A stretch of DNA of 63,996 nt from Octopus bimaculoides (GCF_001194135.2 NC_068996.1:35004637-35068632), one strand, 5' to 3'; shown: positions 1 through 10,790, counted from the stretch's first letter. Made by a program: numbers and translations. Notes: generated by a model not told the origin, from the sequence alone.

Positions 1-388
1 GTGGCCGTTGCCGTTGCCAGTGCCGCCTGGCTGGCCTTCGTGGGATTTTCGATCGAGATCGTTGCCAGTGCCCCTGAACTGGCTCTTGTGTGGGGCCGTC
101 GTAGGATTTTCAAGCGAGATCGTTGCCAGTGCCCCTGGACTGGCTCTTGTGCGGGTGGCACATAAAATACACCATTTTGAGCGTTGCCGTTGCCAGTACT
201 GCCTAACTGGTCTTCGTGCGGGTGACACGTAAAAGCACCCACTACACTCTCTGAGTGGTTGGCGTTAGGAAGGGCATCCATCAGATTGGAGCCTGGTGTA
301 GCCATCTGGTTTCACCAGTCCTCAGTCAAATCGTCCAACCCACGCTAGCATGGAAAGCGGACGTTAAATGATGATGATGATGATGATG
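1..388 (+). mobile_element. Young RTE-clade LINE 3' UTR with ~60-bp internal tandem repeats and (GAT)n tail
   Basis: Repeated cgagatcgttgccagtgcccctggactggctcttgtg units, then gtggttggcgttaggaagggcatcc...gcatggaaagcggacgttaaatgatgatgat. A related 3' end follows RTE ORF2 sequence at 6700-7145. Confidence 0.75.
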
Positions 389-738
389 ATGACAATGCAC
401 CCAGTCACCAAGCTCTCCTCACTCAGGAATTTCTTCCCCAAAACAACATGGTATTGCTTCTGCACCTGCCCTATTTGTCATCTCTTCCCCAAGATGAAAA
501 TACAGCTCATTGGTCACTGTTTTAACACCACTGTCAAGATCCAGAGTGAATCACAGAAGATCCTTGACTTGCTAACGGAAAATGACTTCCAGGCCAGATT
601 TCAAAGGTGGCAAGAATGCTGGAACCAATGTATTGCTGCGCAAGGTAACTATTTCAAAGGAGATGATGTTAAAACTTAGGTAAATAAGTTATTTTTTATT
701 AAATATAACTAGTCCGGGAACTTCTTGATACTACTTTG
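389..738 (+). pseudogene. Mariner transposase 3' fragment with right TIR
   Basis: Translates as DNAPSH..., then LFPKMKIQLIGHCFNTTVKIQSESQKILDLLTENDFQARFQRWQECWNQCIAAQGNYFKGD*. The YSPDLAP motif is deleted. Ends ccgggaacttcttgatactactttg followed by TA. Confidence 0.85.
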
Positions 739-1352
739 TATATATAATATATATTATGTAGGCAGGTAAGATAAAATCCCAACTGCTTCCTCACGAAGCA
801 CATCTGCATTATTACAATCCTGTATGTAGTTGCTGTTGTTTTAGTATAGACACGAAGTATATATTAAAATTGAAAATTCTGGAAATATTGTGTGCAGAGT
901 TATTGTGTAACAAAATAGGATATTGGAAAATATATTTGTACTATTTATTCAATTCTCTATCTGCAGAATTACTGATAGGAAATCTCTTATGTTTATCTAA
1001 CATGTAAAACTAATTCCTATTAGGAAATGAAACATACATATATGATGGTGAGTAAACAATACCAATGAATTGTCCAACTTACTGTTTTGTTATATATGTG
1101 TGTGTGTATGTATAATAATTTCGTTTGGATAGTAACCCTAAAGCTTGCCCTATTAAGCTCATCCATGGGCATTGGTTATCAAACAAGGCAATAATGTGCT
1201 GAATAAACTTGCGCACCCAATTTTTATTGTCTGTCATTACACACACACACACACAGATATCATCATCATCATTTAACATCATGTTCCAAGCACGGACTGG
1301 ATGATTTGGTAGGGTCCAACAATATATATCACTACCATGACCCTCCTCCTCC

Positions 1353-1572
1353 TCATCATCATCATTTTAATGCCTATGTTTTTCATAGTCATTCTGTTCC
1401 CAAACCTCACTTGCTTACAGTTAAGGTAATATTTCTCCTAGTCCTTCAAATGCAAACAGCATAATAATAGCTGAACATGTTTTCCCAGAAGATTGCGAAT
1501 GAATGACACTGCTGGTATGATGGTGATGTTTGTTTACTATTAGTGAGTGATGTCAAAACAAGGAGACAGACA
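1353..1572 (-). mobile_element. SINE 3' half with RTE-like (GAT)n tail
   Basis: Reverse complement resembles the ggggaaatattacc...gtgagg...aatgatgatg module at 7160-7610. Confidence 0.5.
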
Positions 1573-1632
1573 CTCTCACATATGTACCTCAGAGAATAGC
1601 AAGGTATTTTTAACAAAAGTTTTCATCTAAGT

Positions 1633-2220
1633 CAGCAGTTCTCAACCAGGTTTCACAGGACCCTTAGGGATCCATATTTTGTTGTTAAAATCTATGTACA
1701 ATAAATGGTTATACTTCTACAATACACAAAATATTTTAACAATATTTATTATATAATTTCTAACAATAGGGTAAAGACTCCCTTCGGTTATGGGTGACCA
1801 TGGGATTGCACCTAGAAAGTTCCCCTCCAAGGCACAAGTCCAGGCAACGTTGTTTATGGAAGACCAGCAGTCGCCCATGCATACCAGCCTTTTCTCTCTA
1901 TGCCAATGATATTATCCAAGGAATAGCAAATACCAATACAGCTTGGCACCAGTGACACCACAACTCATTTCTACAGTTGAATGAATTGGAGCAACATGAA
2001 ATAAAGTGTCTTGCTCAAGAACACAACAGCCCAGTCCAGGAATCAAACTCACTACCTCATAATTGTGAGTCTGATGCTCTAACCACTGAGTACATTTTCT
2101 AATAGTATTTAATTATCAAATTAGAATAGGATTTTTTAAACATCAAATGGCTAGCAGGGTCCATCCAAGTAAAATAGGAATTAAAGGGGTCCACAGGCAA
2201 AAATTGGTTGAGAAACATTG
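1633..2220. mobile_element. hAT-type MITE interrupted by a SINE
   Basis: Perfect 8-bp TSD atctaagt (1625-1632 and 2221-2228). TIRs cagcagttctcaacc / ggttgagaaacattg. Confidence 0.85.
1769..2090 (-). mobile_element. tRNA-derived SINE (family C) with CORE-like gtgttcttgagcaagacact domain
   Basis: Minus strand starts ctcagtggttagagcatcagactc (A box) and gagtttgattcc (B box), then gtgttcttgagcaagacactttatttca. Related copies at about 19210-19350 (-), 33880-34000 (+) and 55800-55960 (+). Confidence 0.75.
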
Positions 2221-2439
2221 ATCTAAGTGACAAATTATTTGGATCTGTGGCATGAAGTTTGAAGACATAGAATAAGCAGAAAGGGTCAACTTTTAATGTA
2301 GGATGTAAAGGAAATATGCATGTTTTTACTTTACAGTTGGTTTCAAGAATATGTGTTATTAGTAATATCACATACACATCTCAAAGAGCACATTTACTAA
2401 TAACAGGGTATTTTCAATAAAAGTGCTCAACACCATACA

Positions 2440-3055
2440 GTTGGTTGATACTTTGTATGTGGCAGATGTTTAAAGTGCAGCTAACAGTAGAAGTTCATGT
2501 CTAAAAGTTTCTTTCAAATACCCCTGAGGTTTCTTCAAAGTAGTTGATAGCTTTTGTTACCTGGGGGATCTAATTAGCAGTGTATATGGGTGTTCTGAGA
2601 GCAGAACAGCAGAACAGAGAAAGGATTGGAAAAAGTTGAGGGAGGTATTATGTCTATTTCACCAAAAAATTCTTTCCTCTGAGAGTAGAAAGAACATAGT
2701 ACTATGCTCATGTATAACTTGTGATGCTGCGTAATAACAAGATGTGAGCCTTGAATGTGAGTGTTTTATGCAGTTAGGAAAGAAACGAGACAAGTTTGTT
2801 CCACTGGATGAGGACATGAATAAAGAAACAAATGAGCTGAGAAAAAAACTCAGTATAAGAGGACTCAGATCTAGTCTGTAAGATAGAAAAGTGCATTAAT
2901 ATGTACATATGATGAGCATGGAAGGTGTCAGATGTACAAAGAATTGTTGTGTGATCCAAGTAAAAGGAAAATGTAAGGAAGTGAAGAACCTTATAGATGA
3001 GATGACAAAGGGCCATATCAACCAGCAAAATTTTACATTGGAGAAGACCTAACAA
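2440..3055 (+). mobile_element. Old RTE LINE ORF2 (RT C-terminal) fragment
   Basis: Remnants such as gtagttgatagcttttgttacctgggggatctaattag (VVDSFCYLGDLI) and gagctgagaaaaaaactcagtataagagg (ELRKKLSIRG); many stops and frameshifts. Confidence 0.6.
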
Positions 3056-3307
3056 GGTTACGTTAAGTGTAACAAAACGCATGTGAACATGATGACGGTA
3101 GTAATGGTGGAGTTGAGATGTATGTTGTCTACATTTGAGTCTCTTTATCTTGCTAACTATGCTCATTTATTACAGAGGCAGGCATGGCAGTGTGGTTAAA
3201 AAATTTGCTTCTCAACTGTGAGGCTTCAGGTTTGGTCCCATTTCATGACACTTGAAGTGAGAGAATTTAATAGATAAAAACTGAAAGGAGCCACATGATG
3301 ATGATTT

Positions 3308-3336
<29 letters not shown>

Positions 3337-3339
<3 letters not shown>

Positions 3340-3542
3340 AGGGGGTACTGAAAAGTTCTTCGCTCTGGGTAAAAGAAAATACAGGAGAATCAGTTATGTT
3401 TTTACCCAACATATTCCCATCTCAGATTCACACAATTATTGAAGCAGTCCTTCAACTTTTCTGAACTGTGTAAAAGAACTCGGAAGGTTGTACCTCCAAT
3501 CTGTCTTTTCATGATACACTTAAAACCAGGAACTTTTCAGTC
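3337..3542. mobile_element. Mariner-derived MITE (~205 bp)
   Basis: TIRs gggggtactgaaaagttctt / ccaggaacttttcagt, flanked by TA-rich repeats. Confidence 0.65.
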
Positions 3543-3772
3543 ATATATATATATCATCATTTAATGTGCACCTTCCATGCTAGCATATATATATATATAT
3601 ATGTACTAAGTTCATAAATTTAATTTTTACTGTAGCAACATGCTGCACCAAAACAATATGGCTTGCTGCTAATAATTTCAGTGTTTCACCCACCACATCT
3701 TATACCAGAAATGCCATCTGTTGGGAACAAAATAATTGACTAACATTACCATAATGGCAGAAAATATCTTAC

Positions 3773-3993
3773 CTCAACTGCTAGATAGTTAACCAACACC
3801 GACATAGCATCAAAACCCTTTAAAGTTTCTTTCAGCTGTAGCTTGGTGATGTGAAGATCCTTGGTGCGAGATTCACAAAGGCCCTCAAGTCGAGTAATTT
3901 CTTTTTTGGCATCTTTATTGTCACCCTGGCTCGTTTTCAAGCTAGGAACTTTATTCCTTGTGGTCTTGTTAACTTTGTTTTGGTCCACTTGAT
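3773..3993 (-). CDS. MTUS1: Internal coding exon of an MTUS1/MTUS2 (ATIP/TIP150)-like coiled-coil protein; 221 nt, phase 1 to phase 0
   Basis: Acceptor tttttatttcag|AT at 3995-3994 and donor GAG|gtaaga at 3772. Open frame (D)QVDQNKVNKTTRNKVPSLKTSQGDNKDAKKEITRLEGLCESRTKDLHITKLQLKETLKGFDAMSVLVNYLAVE. RLEGLCESRTKDL...GFDAMSVLVNYL resembles, from memory, the conserved start of the MTUS coiled coil (LCEQQTR..GFDALAV / KFEALTVVIQHL). MTUS1 versus MTUS2 orthology cannot be resolved here. Confidence 0.8.
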
Positions 3994-4611
3994 CTGAAAT
4001 AAAAATCAAAGACAATCAGTAATAAATATATAAAAAAAGCAAAGAAAAAAGAAATTTCCTCACCACATACTGGCAGTATCAAATTTATCACAAACTCTAA
4101 AAATCACATGGGAAATCTACCTCCTCTTTCTCTCACTCAGACACTCATGCATATTGAGATTTTCAATTACAATCTACAATCACAAAAATGAAAATTTTTA
4201 ATGATTAAAGAGTGAGTAAAGAAAAACACATTTCTGATAAAATAAATAGTCATGAAAAATATCAGATTTACAAAATGTGTAGTGCATAAAATATGTAATT
4301 TGGTAATGTTTAATGTTCATTTTTGCAAATACAAACACTTAAGCACACATATGGTAAAATAATAAATGATAAAGAACTTGATAAAAAGAAAAAGAAAAGT
4401 CTAACAACTTGATTGAAATACTAAATCACTGATTGCACTACAACTATCAGTTTTATTGTTTCTTTGTATCATCAAGTAATAATATTGATATAGAATGAAG
4501 GTGGATTAATAAACATTATCAGATGATCTTAAAGAGACAGTGAACCTTACAGCTTTAATGTGATCAATAGTTAATCTGACATTAGAATACAGTTACACAC
4601 ACACACACACA

Positions 4612-4762
4612 GGTGCAGGCATGGCTGAACAGTCAAAAAATCACTTCCCAACAACTGCATGACACCTTGGGCAAGTGTCTTCTACTAAAGTTCTGGACCG
4701 ACTAAAGCCTTGCGAGTAGATTTGGTAGACAAAAAAAAAAAAAATGAAAGAAGCCTGCCATA

Positions 4763-4799
<37 letters not shown>

Positions 4800-5110
4800 A
4801 TATATGTATATTAAACACACACACACACATACATATATACACGCAACATACATATACACACACACACACGTATACACATGCATATACACATACATACACA
4901 CACTTGTATGTGTTGTCTCATTGTCTGGTTGTAAAATAAGCTTCACCATCACAAAAAAGAAAGAAAGTACTGTTCATTACTAATCTTCTGTATAAAGCAT
5001 GTCTAGCTGTGGAGAAAAATTAAAATCTTGCTTGAAAACAAGTGCAGGTTGGTGACAGAAAAAATTGCCTTAACAAATTCATGGAAAAGTGGCTGTTAAA
5101 ATTATGATGA
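4612..5110 (+). mobile_element. Family B tRNA-derived SINE with internal (GT)n and RTE-like tail
   Basis: gcaggcatggctg...gacaccttgggcaagtgtcttctact...gatttggtagac...aaagaagcc, then a microsatellite, then gcttggaaa-like and ggttggtgacag...ggaaaagtgg..ttaaa.tga tail. Confidence 0.7.
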
Positions 5111-5125
5111 TTATGATAATGATGG

Positions 5126-5170
<45 letters not shown>

Positions 5171-5282
5171 CACATAACAAGTGTTTGGAAACTAAAGCAA
5201 TTTACAACATGCTAGCTTCATATTTAAAACAAGTACATATGCACTGCTCTATTTACTTAGTTGTATTATTATTTTGAGATAA

Positions 5283-5565
5283 GAAAATATCTTATGACAC
5301 TGTACTCAGGGAAGTAGACAGGCTCTGGTTCTTTAAATTGTAAGAAATAGCTACCAAATTTCTCCCCAAATGCACTCAACTATCTTTAAAATGGAAGGAA
5401 TGGATAATGTTGGCCTGGACACAGAAAACTGTATCTTATGACACTGTACTTAGTTAGGGAAGTAGACAGGCTCTGGTTATTCAAACTGCAAGAGGTAGCA
5501 ACTAAATTTTTCCCCAAAATACACTCAACTGTCTTAAAAATGGAAGGATTGGATAATGTATGCCT
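5283..5565 (+). repeat. Two tandem ~140-bp copies of a dispersed repeat (ctagaaatagcagccaaatctcc family)
   Basis: tatcttatgacactgtact...gggaagtagacaggctctggtt...cactcaact.tctt.aaaatggaagga.tggataatgt occurs twice. Related pieces at about 15270-15540, 18720-19020, 28240-28430 and 52350-52500. Confidence 0.6.
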
Positions 5566-5875
5566 GCTCTGAAGTGCTGATGCAAGATTAAACATCAACC
5601 AGTAGAGAGAGGGGGTGAGTGGGTATTAGTCACTTGACTGTAGGGGTAAAGTGGTGAAAATATTTGATTCAAGATATATACAAACATAAATGTATATAAA
5701 AGTGGACGTACATATAAATAGTCAACCTTTTCTCTGCTCAAGGAGAATTGGCTGGATTTACTCTCTCACCTCAATTTTTAAAAAATAATTAAATGGATTT
5801 ACTCCCTCACCATTTTTTAAAATAATTAAAATCATTAAATGCAAAGGTTTCCTCTTAATGTTTCCATTGTCTTCA

Positions 5876-6075
5876 ATACTTTAGCATTTAAACCAGCCAT
5901 ATCCTAGCCCAAATCTTCTAGCCAGATCAAATCTCTCACATCAAACCCTATAATGTCATTTTAAAACTAAAAAATCACATCATTGAAATCTCAAAGCTAC
6001 AAGATAATACAGGATTACTTGAAAACAATGTGAATAAATAAGCATTACATTTGACAGAGTAATCTAAAGGGTTAA
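5876..6075 (+). mobile_element. piggyBac-like MITE
   Basis: ctttagcatttaaacc...tttgacagagtaatctaaagggTTAA; same family as 9741-9946. Confidence 0.65.
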
Positions 6076-6309
6076 AGGAAACATATGTTCATGATGAAAA
6101 CCCAAAACTCATATGGCTCTCAAGATGTGTGAGGAATTTTAATTAGTGTACCTTTAGGTGTGACACAATCATGCTATTCTGTTTCTATCTCATAGCATGG
6201 CACTTTGGTCAAGTGTCTTCTACTATAGCCCCAGACCAACCAAAGCCTTGTGAAAGGAAACTGGAAGAATCCTGTCATATGTATATATAAATATATATTA
6301 CACACACAT

Positions 6310-6545
6310 ACAAGTGGATGTGCAATGTCAGTGTGCATGTACGACAGAGTGTAAACATCTCGAGAATAAAAAATTGGGCATAAGAGGCATCAGATGTGGT
6401 GCACAAAAAACTGTGCTGGAATGGTCACGGGATGCGAATGGATGAGGACAGCTGCATAAAGAAGTGCCGGTTTCTAACCGTGGAGGGAATCTGTGGAAGA
6501 GGTGGACTCAGGAAAACATGGGATAAGGTAGTGAAGCATGAAACC
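6310..6545 (+). mobile_element. RTE LINE ORF2 C-terminal fragment
   Basis: KLGIRGIRCGAQ...WNGHGMRMDEDSCIKKCR...VEGICGRGGLRKTWDKVVKH. Confidence 0.8.
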
Positions 6546-6699
6546 AATTGGTAAGATCAGCCGTGATGGATATATGATACTGTACAGTTCAGATAATACA
6601 CCCACTCTACTGACAGATATACAAGTGCGTCTTTTTCCTGAATTATGGATTTTTAGATGACTAAGATATATATATGTATATATATTTTACGCACACACA

Positions 6700-7145
6700 C
6701 ACACGTGGCTGTGCAATGTCAGTATGCATGTACAAGAGTGTAAGCATTGAGAGAAAAATTGGGCATAAGGGGCATCAGATCTGGTATGCAAGAAAGAAGA
6801 CTGTGTTGGTATGGTCATGTAATGCATATGGGATGAAGACAGCTGTGTGAAGAAATGCCAATCGCTACAGGGAAGCTGTGGAAGATGTAGACTCAGGAAA
6901 ACATGAGACGAAGTGGTAAAGCATGATCTTTGCATGTTGGGTCTCACAGAAGCAATGGCCTTTGTCAATTTGCTGTACTTGAGAAGACATGTCAAACCAA
7001 GTGAAATTATAGTCGTTGCCAGTGGTGGTAACATGTAAAAGGCATTTACTATATTCTTGGAGTGATTGGCATTAGGAAGATCATATAGCCATAGAAAGCA
7101 AGCCAAACTGTCTAACCTATGGAAAGTGGACGTTAAATGATGATG
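6700..7145 (+). mobile_element. RTE LINE 3' end (ORF2 C-terminus, 3' UTR, GAT tail)
   Basis: LREKLGIRGIRSG..ERRLCWYGHVMHMDEDSCVKKC..., then gagtgattggcattaggaag and ggaaagtggacgttaaatgatgatg. Confidence 0.8.
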
Positions 7146-7159
7146 GTAATGATCATTTG

Positions 7160-7610
7160 TGTGTTTGAGTGTCCCCTTGTCTTGACATCATGTGATGTTT
7201 ATAAACAAGCATCACTGTTATACAACCAATGTTGTTTGTTTGCAGTTTTTGTGAAAAAAGATGTCTAACTGTGGGGAAATATTACCATACTTGGAAATGG
7301 TATCAGGACAAAATCCCCCCTCACCAGAGGACAAATTTTACATGAAAATATCAACTAATAAATATTAAAAATTTTTTCTTATAAAATTTCACTTTCCTAA
7401 AATATTTTTATTGCAAAGAAAGAACAATATCCCAGGGGGATTTTGTCTGAAAGAGGATGGGGGGGGGGGGTCCAGCAGGAATTTTGTTCTAGTAGCCTTG
7501 GAAACAGGTGAGGGTTGGTGACAGGAAGGGTATCAGGCTGCAAAAAATCTGCCTCAACAAATTCCATCTGATCCATGTAAGCATGAAAATGTAGATGTTA
7601 AAATGATGAT
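7160..7610 (+). mobile_element. SINE 3' half with RTE-like tail, interrupted by a MITE
   Basis: ggggaaatattacc..cttggaaa [insert] cttggaaacaggtgagggttggtgacaggaagggtatc...gatgttaaaatgatgatgat. Confidence 0.7.
7298..7496. mobile_element. MITE with ggacaaaatccccc sub-terminal motifs and 8(-9)-bp TSD (hAT or Mutator-like)
   Basis: cttggaaa is duplicated at 7290-7297 and 7497-7504. Imperfect TIRs ggtatcaggacaaaat / attttgttctagtagc. Confidence 0.7.
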
Positions 7611-7834
7611 GATGTGTTTAAGAGCCACATGGGGCTGTTAAGATGTGTCTTAGCAAATATTTGAGAATTATATATGGCTCTCAGAACAGTGAATTGTTTC
7701 GGTATGATGACTATCATGATGCAATATATAAGTTGTGAGTGAACAAATGAAATGAACTTTAAAGAAATAGTTTTAAAAAACATCCAAGAAGAAACAGTGT
7801 TTTGTCAGAGCTGAGATGGCATCTTGGGGAAAAC

Positions 7835-8080
7835 AAACATGGAAGACGATAGTATTGGTACTGCTAATGTTGGTGGTGACACTGATATTGGTGGAGGTGA
7901 TGGTGATGGTGATGATGGTGGAAGTGGTGATGATGATGGTGGTGGAAGTGGTGGTGATGATGGTGGAAATGGTGGTGATGATGGTGGAAGTGGTGGTGAT
8001 GATGGTGGAGGTGGTGGTGACAGTGGAAGTGGAGATGACAACAGTAATGATGCTTGTAATGATGATGATGATAATGACAA
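7835..8080. repeat. Compound (GAT/GGT)n trinucleotide repeat
   Basis: ggtggtgatgatggtggaagt-type units; explains the poly-G/D, poly-H, poly-P and poly-T ORFs. Confidence 0.9.
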
Positions 8081-8277
8081 TTTTGTGCTGACCCAGCGTA
8101 GATTGTAATAGCAACATGACAGCTAACATTTCTCAAGTTATTTTTCATGAAATTCTAATCCCTATTGTTACCATTTCAACTGAGAGTATAAAAAAACATA
8201 CATTCTACAAATTAATGTCGTCTGCTCTTCTACTAAAAGACACTGGCATAGTTCAGTAAGTAACTATTCAAGGTTTG

Positions 8278-8458
8278 ATCCTTTAGTATTTAAACTGGCC
8301 AGATCTAGCCCTTCACACTTACCCTACAATGTCATTCTAAAAACAAACCAGCACACCATTGAAATCTCATAGCTACGAGGTAATGCCTGATTACTTCAAA
8401 ACCATGTGAATAAATAAATACTAAATTTGACAGTAATTTGAATACTAAAGGGTTATAC
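8278..8458 (+). mobile_element. piggyBac-like MITE
   Basis: cctttagtatttaaactgg...gaatactaaagggtta. Confidence 0.65.
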
Positions 8459-8465
8459 ATATACA

Positions 8466-9340
8466 TATAATTTCTGATCAATAAGTATCCAGACTGTTGC
8501 CATAGTAACGAAGCTAAAGCATGGAGAGTAAAGCCAGTTCGCAAAGATTGACCTTGAACTCTGTTGTGCATATGCATTAAGTTTTAACATTCTAGCTCAC
8601 TTCTGCTGCTTACAGCAGTGCTTGGAAAGAAGGTGTGTAGCATGTGATTGTCACATTGAACACAACAAAGTTGTCATGGCGATACCTGCTCAGAGGCCCA
8701 TGCAAAGTTGCAGAAGTGTATGGAGAGGAGTGTATGAGCTGCACACAAGTGTACGTGTGGTTCAGACGTTTCCAAGATGGTTGAAAAAATGTTGATATTG
8801 ATGATTGTTCTGAGAGACTTGCAACCAGCAGAACTGAGAAAAACATCACAGATGTGTGTGCAGTTGTGAGGGGAAATCATCAAATCACCATCCTTGAGTT
8901 ATCATCAGATGTGCAAATTAGTTTACGGCTCAGTTCAGTCCATTATCACTGAAGATGAAGATTTGGGTATGCTAAGTTTGTGCCAAAACTACTTTCAGCT
9001 GACTAAAAAGACAGTTGCACAAAATCTCCTTGATTGTGTCAAGAACGATGAAAACTTTTTGAAAACTTTGCATAGGCCTCTGAGCAGGACTTGCCAAGCT
9101 TTTGGCAAAAATTGATGCAGGTTCTCTCCTCAACTTTCCCTGTCGTGATCAATGTGATGATCACATGCTACACATGTTCCTTCCAAGCACTGCTGTAAAC
9201 AGCTGAAGTGAGCTAGAATGTTAAAACTTAGTGCATGTGCACAGCAGAGCTCAAGGTCAATCTGTGCCAAACAGATTCACTGTGTGTTTTAGCTTTGTTA
9301 CTATGGCAACAGTGTGGATACTTATTGATCAGACTACGTA
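8466..9340 (+). mobile_element. Mariner-derived non-autonomous element with ~250-280-bp inverted arms and an N-terminal transposase remnant
   Basis: tctgatcaataagtatccagactgttgccatagtaac is mirrored by gttactatggcaacagtgtggatacttattgatcaga, with TA at the ends. The interior reads AHAKLQKCYGEECMSCTQVYVWFRRFQDG...YGSVQSIITED...VAQNLLDCVKNDENFLKT (mariner HTH region). Confidence 0.85.
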
Positions 9341-9560
9341 ATCCTTTAGCATTCAAACTGGTTACACCTGGCCCAAAAATTCTGTTTTATGTTCAAACCG
9401 ACCAGATCCAGCCACTCATACTTACCCTACAATATCATTATAAAAATAAACCATCACATCATCAAAATATCAGAACTATAAGGCAATCTGTGATTAATTC
9501 AAAACTGCATGAATAAATAAATATTACATATGACTGAGTAATCGGAATACTAAAGGGTCA
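9341..9560 (+). mobile_element. piggyBac-like MITE
   Basis: cctttagcattcaaactgg...gaatactaaaggg. Confidence 0.65.
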
Positions 9561-9740
9561 ATCCTACTGTTTGGTACCTTGGGCAAGTCTCTCTACTATA
9601 ACTTCAGGTTAGCCTATCCTTCGTAAATGGCATTTATAGGTAGAAAATGTGTGAGTCTGTCAGAATGGTCATTCATTTTTTTGGGTGGCAGCCTTGACCT
9701 GTTGCTCAGCTCAGTGCCACTTCATAGTCTTTGATTGATT

Positions 9741-9946
9741 TTAACTCTTTAGTATTCAAACCAGCTATATCCAGCCCAAATAGTCAATTTGTTTTAGGTT
9801 CAAGCTGACTAGATCCTGCCACTCACACCTACCCTACAATGTCATTCTAAAAATAATCTTGAAGCTATGAGATAATGCTTGATTGATTAAAATCAATGTG
9901 AATAAACATCACATTTGACAGAGTAATCTAAATGCTAAAAGGTTAA
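9741..9946 (+). mobile_element. piggyBac-like MITE with TTAA at both ends
   Basis: TTAActctttagtattc...aatgctaaaaggTTAA. A TTAA TSD and CCC-type TIR are piggyBac hallmarks. Confidence 0.75.
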
Positions 9947-9974
9947 GGTCTGTGGGTACTTTATTTAAAAAAGA

Positions 9975-10004
<30 letters not shown>

Positions 10005-10013
<9 letters not shown>

Positions 10014-10210
10014 CCTTTCTACTAAAAGTACAAGGCCTGAAACTTTAGGGGAAGGGACTAGTTGATCACATCGACCCCAATGTTTCACTGGTACTTAATT
10101 TTTCAATCCCAAAAAGAAGAAAGGTAAAGTTGATCTTGGTGGAATTTGAACTTTGAGCATAAAGACGGTAAAAATGCTGCTAATGATTCTGCCAGTTCAC
10201 TACTTTAATA
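10005..10210 (-). mobile_element. Family A tRNA-derived SINE with (ATT)n tail
   Basis: Minus strand ctggcagaatcattagc (A box), ...ttcaaattcc (B box), ...ggccttgtactttt.gtagaaaggattattatt. Confidence 0.8.
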
Positions 10211-10224
10211 ATTATAATGATGAT

Positions 10225-10790
10225 AAATGCCCTGATGCAATACCAGGCAGTGGCTCTCATGGCTTCTCATCTTAATTGACTGGAAGTGTTATCATGTACA
10301 TTGTCTTGCCTTGGTATAAAAGATGGGCTACAGCAAATATTCTGCTCAATACCACAGATTTGCTTGTTAGTTGCTTGGCCTTAACCAGTTAAGCATGTCC
10401 CTTGGTGACTGACGATATGTTGCATCTCTGATCACAACCTGAAGTAGTGAGGGAACAGCATAGCCATATGTTGAGAGGAATTCTTTGGGGCTTGGATAAT
10501 TCACCTCTGGAAAAATGGGTGTTTTGTTCATCATCCTTAAACAACCCTTAAATAGAAACCTCTTGAGCAGGATGGGCTACTCGAACTGAAGAAAATTCTA
10601 ACTAGGCCTCACCTGTGAGGTTGCTGTTTATCTTGATATGAGATCACCATGTCACACACATATGGTTGTGATGCATGTACCTGATGTACCCTTATCAGAT
10701 GGGTAGTCATGACGGTATACTAGGCTTTGTATATTTTACCTCAGTGTCACTTAGATGCTCTCTAACTCAATAATAATAATAATGATGATG
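10225..10790 (+). mobile_element. Unclassified ~560-bp dispersed element ending in (AAT)n
   Basis: aatgccctgatgcaataccaggcagtggctctcatgg...ctctaactcaataataataat; a second copy lies on the minus strand at 34210-35345. Confidence 0.7.

Noticed and set aside
1990-2090. tRNA-like A/B box sequences here and in other SINE heads as tRNA genes
   Set aside because: They are fused to SINE bodies and lack a complete cloverleaf.
760-3770. Next downstream MTUS exon
   Set aside because: No convincing phase-0 exon with coiled-coil character was found; it probably lies left of the window.
4064-4096. 33-nt phase 1-1 micro-exon candidate 70 nt upstream of the 3993 acceptor
   Set aside because: The splice sites are mediocre and the peptide (FVINLILPVC) has intron-like composition; it cannot be supported without RNA data.
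7773-8148. Overlapping poly-Gly/Asp, poly-His, poly-Pro and poly-Thr ORFs
   Set aside because: All frames are open only because of the GAT/GGT trinucleotide repeat; no splice or homology support.
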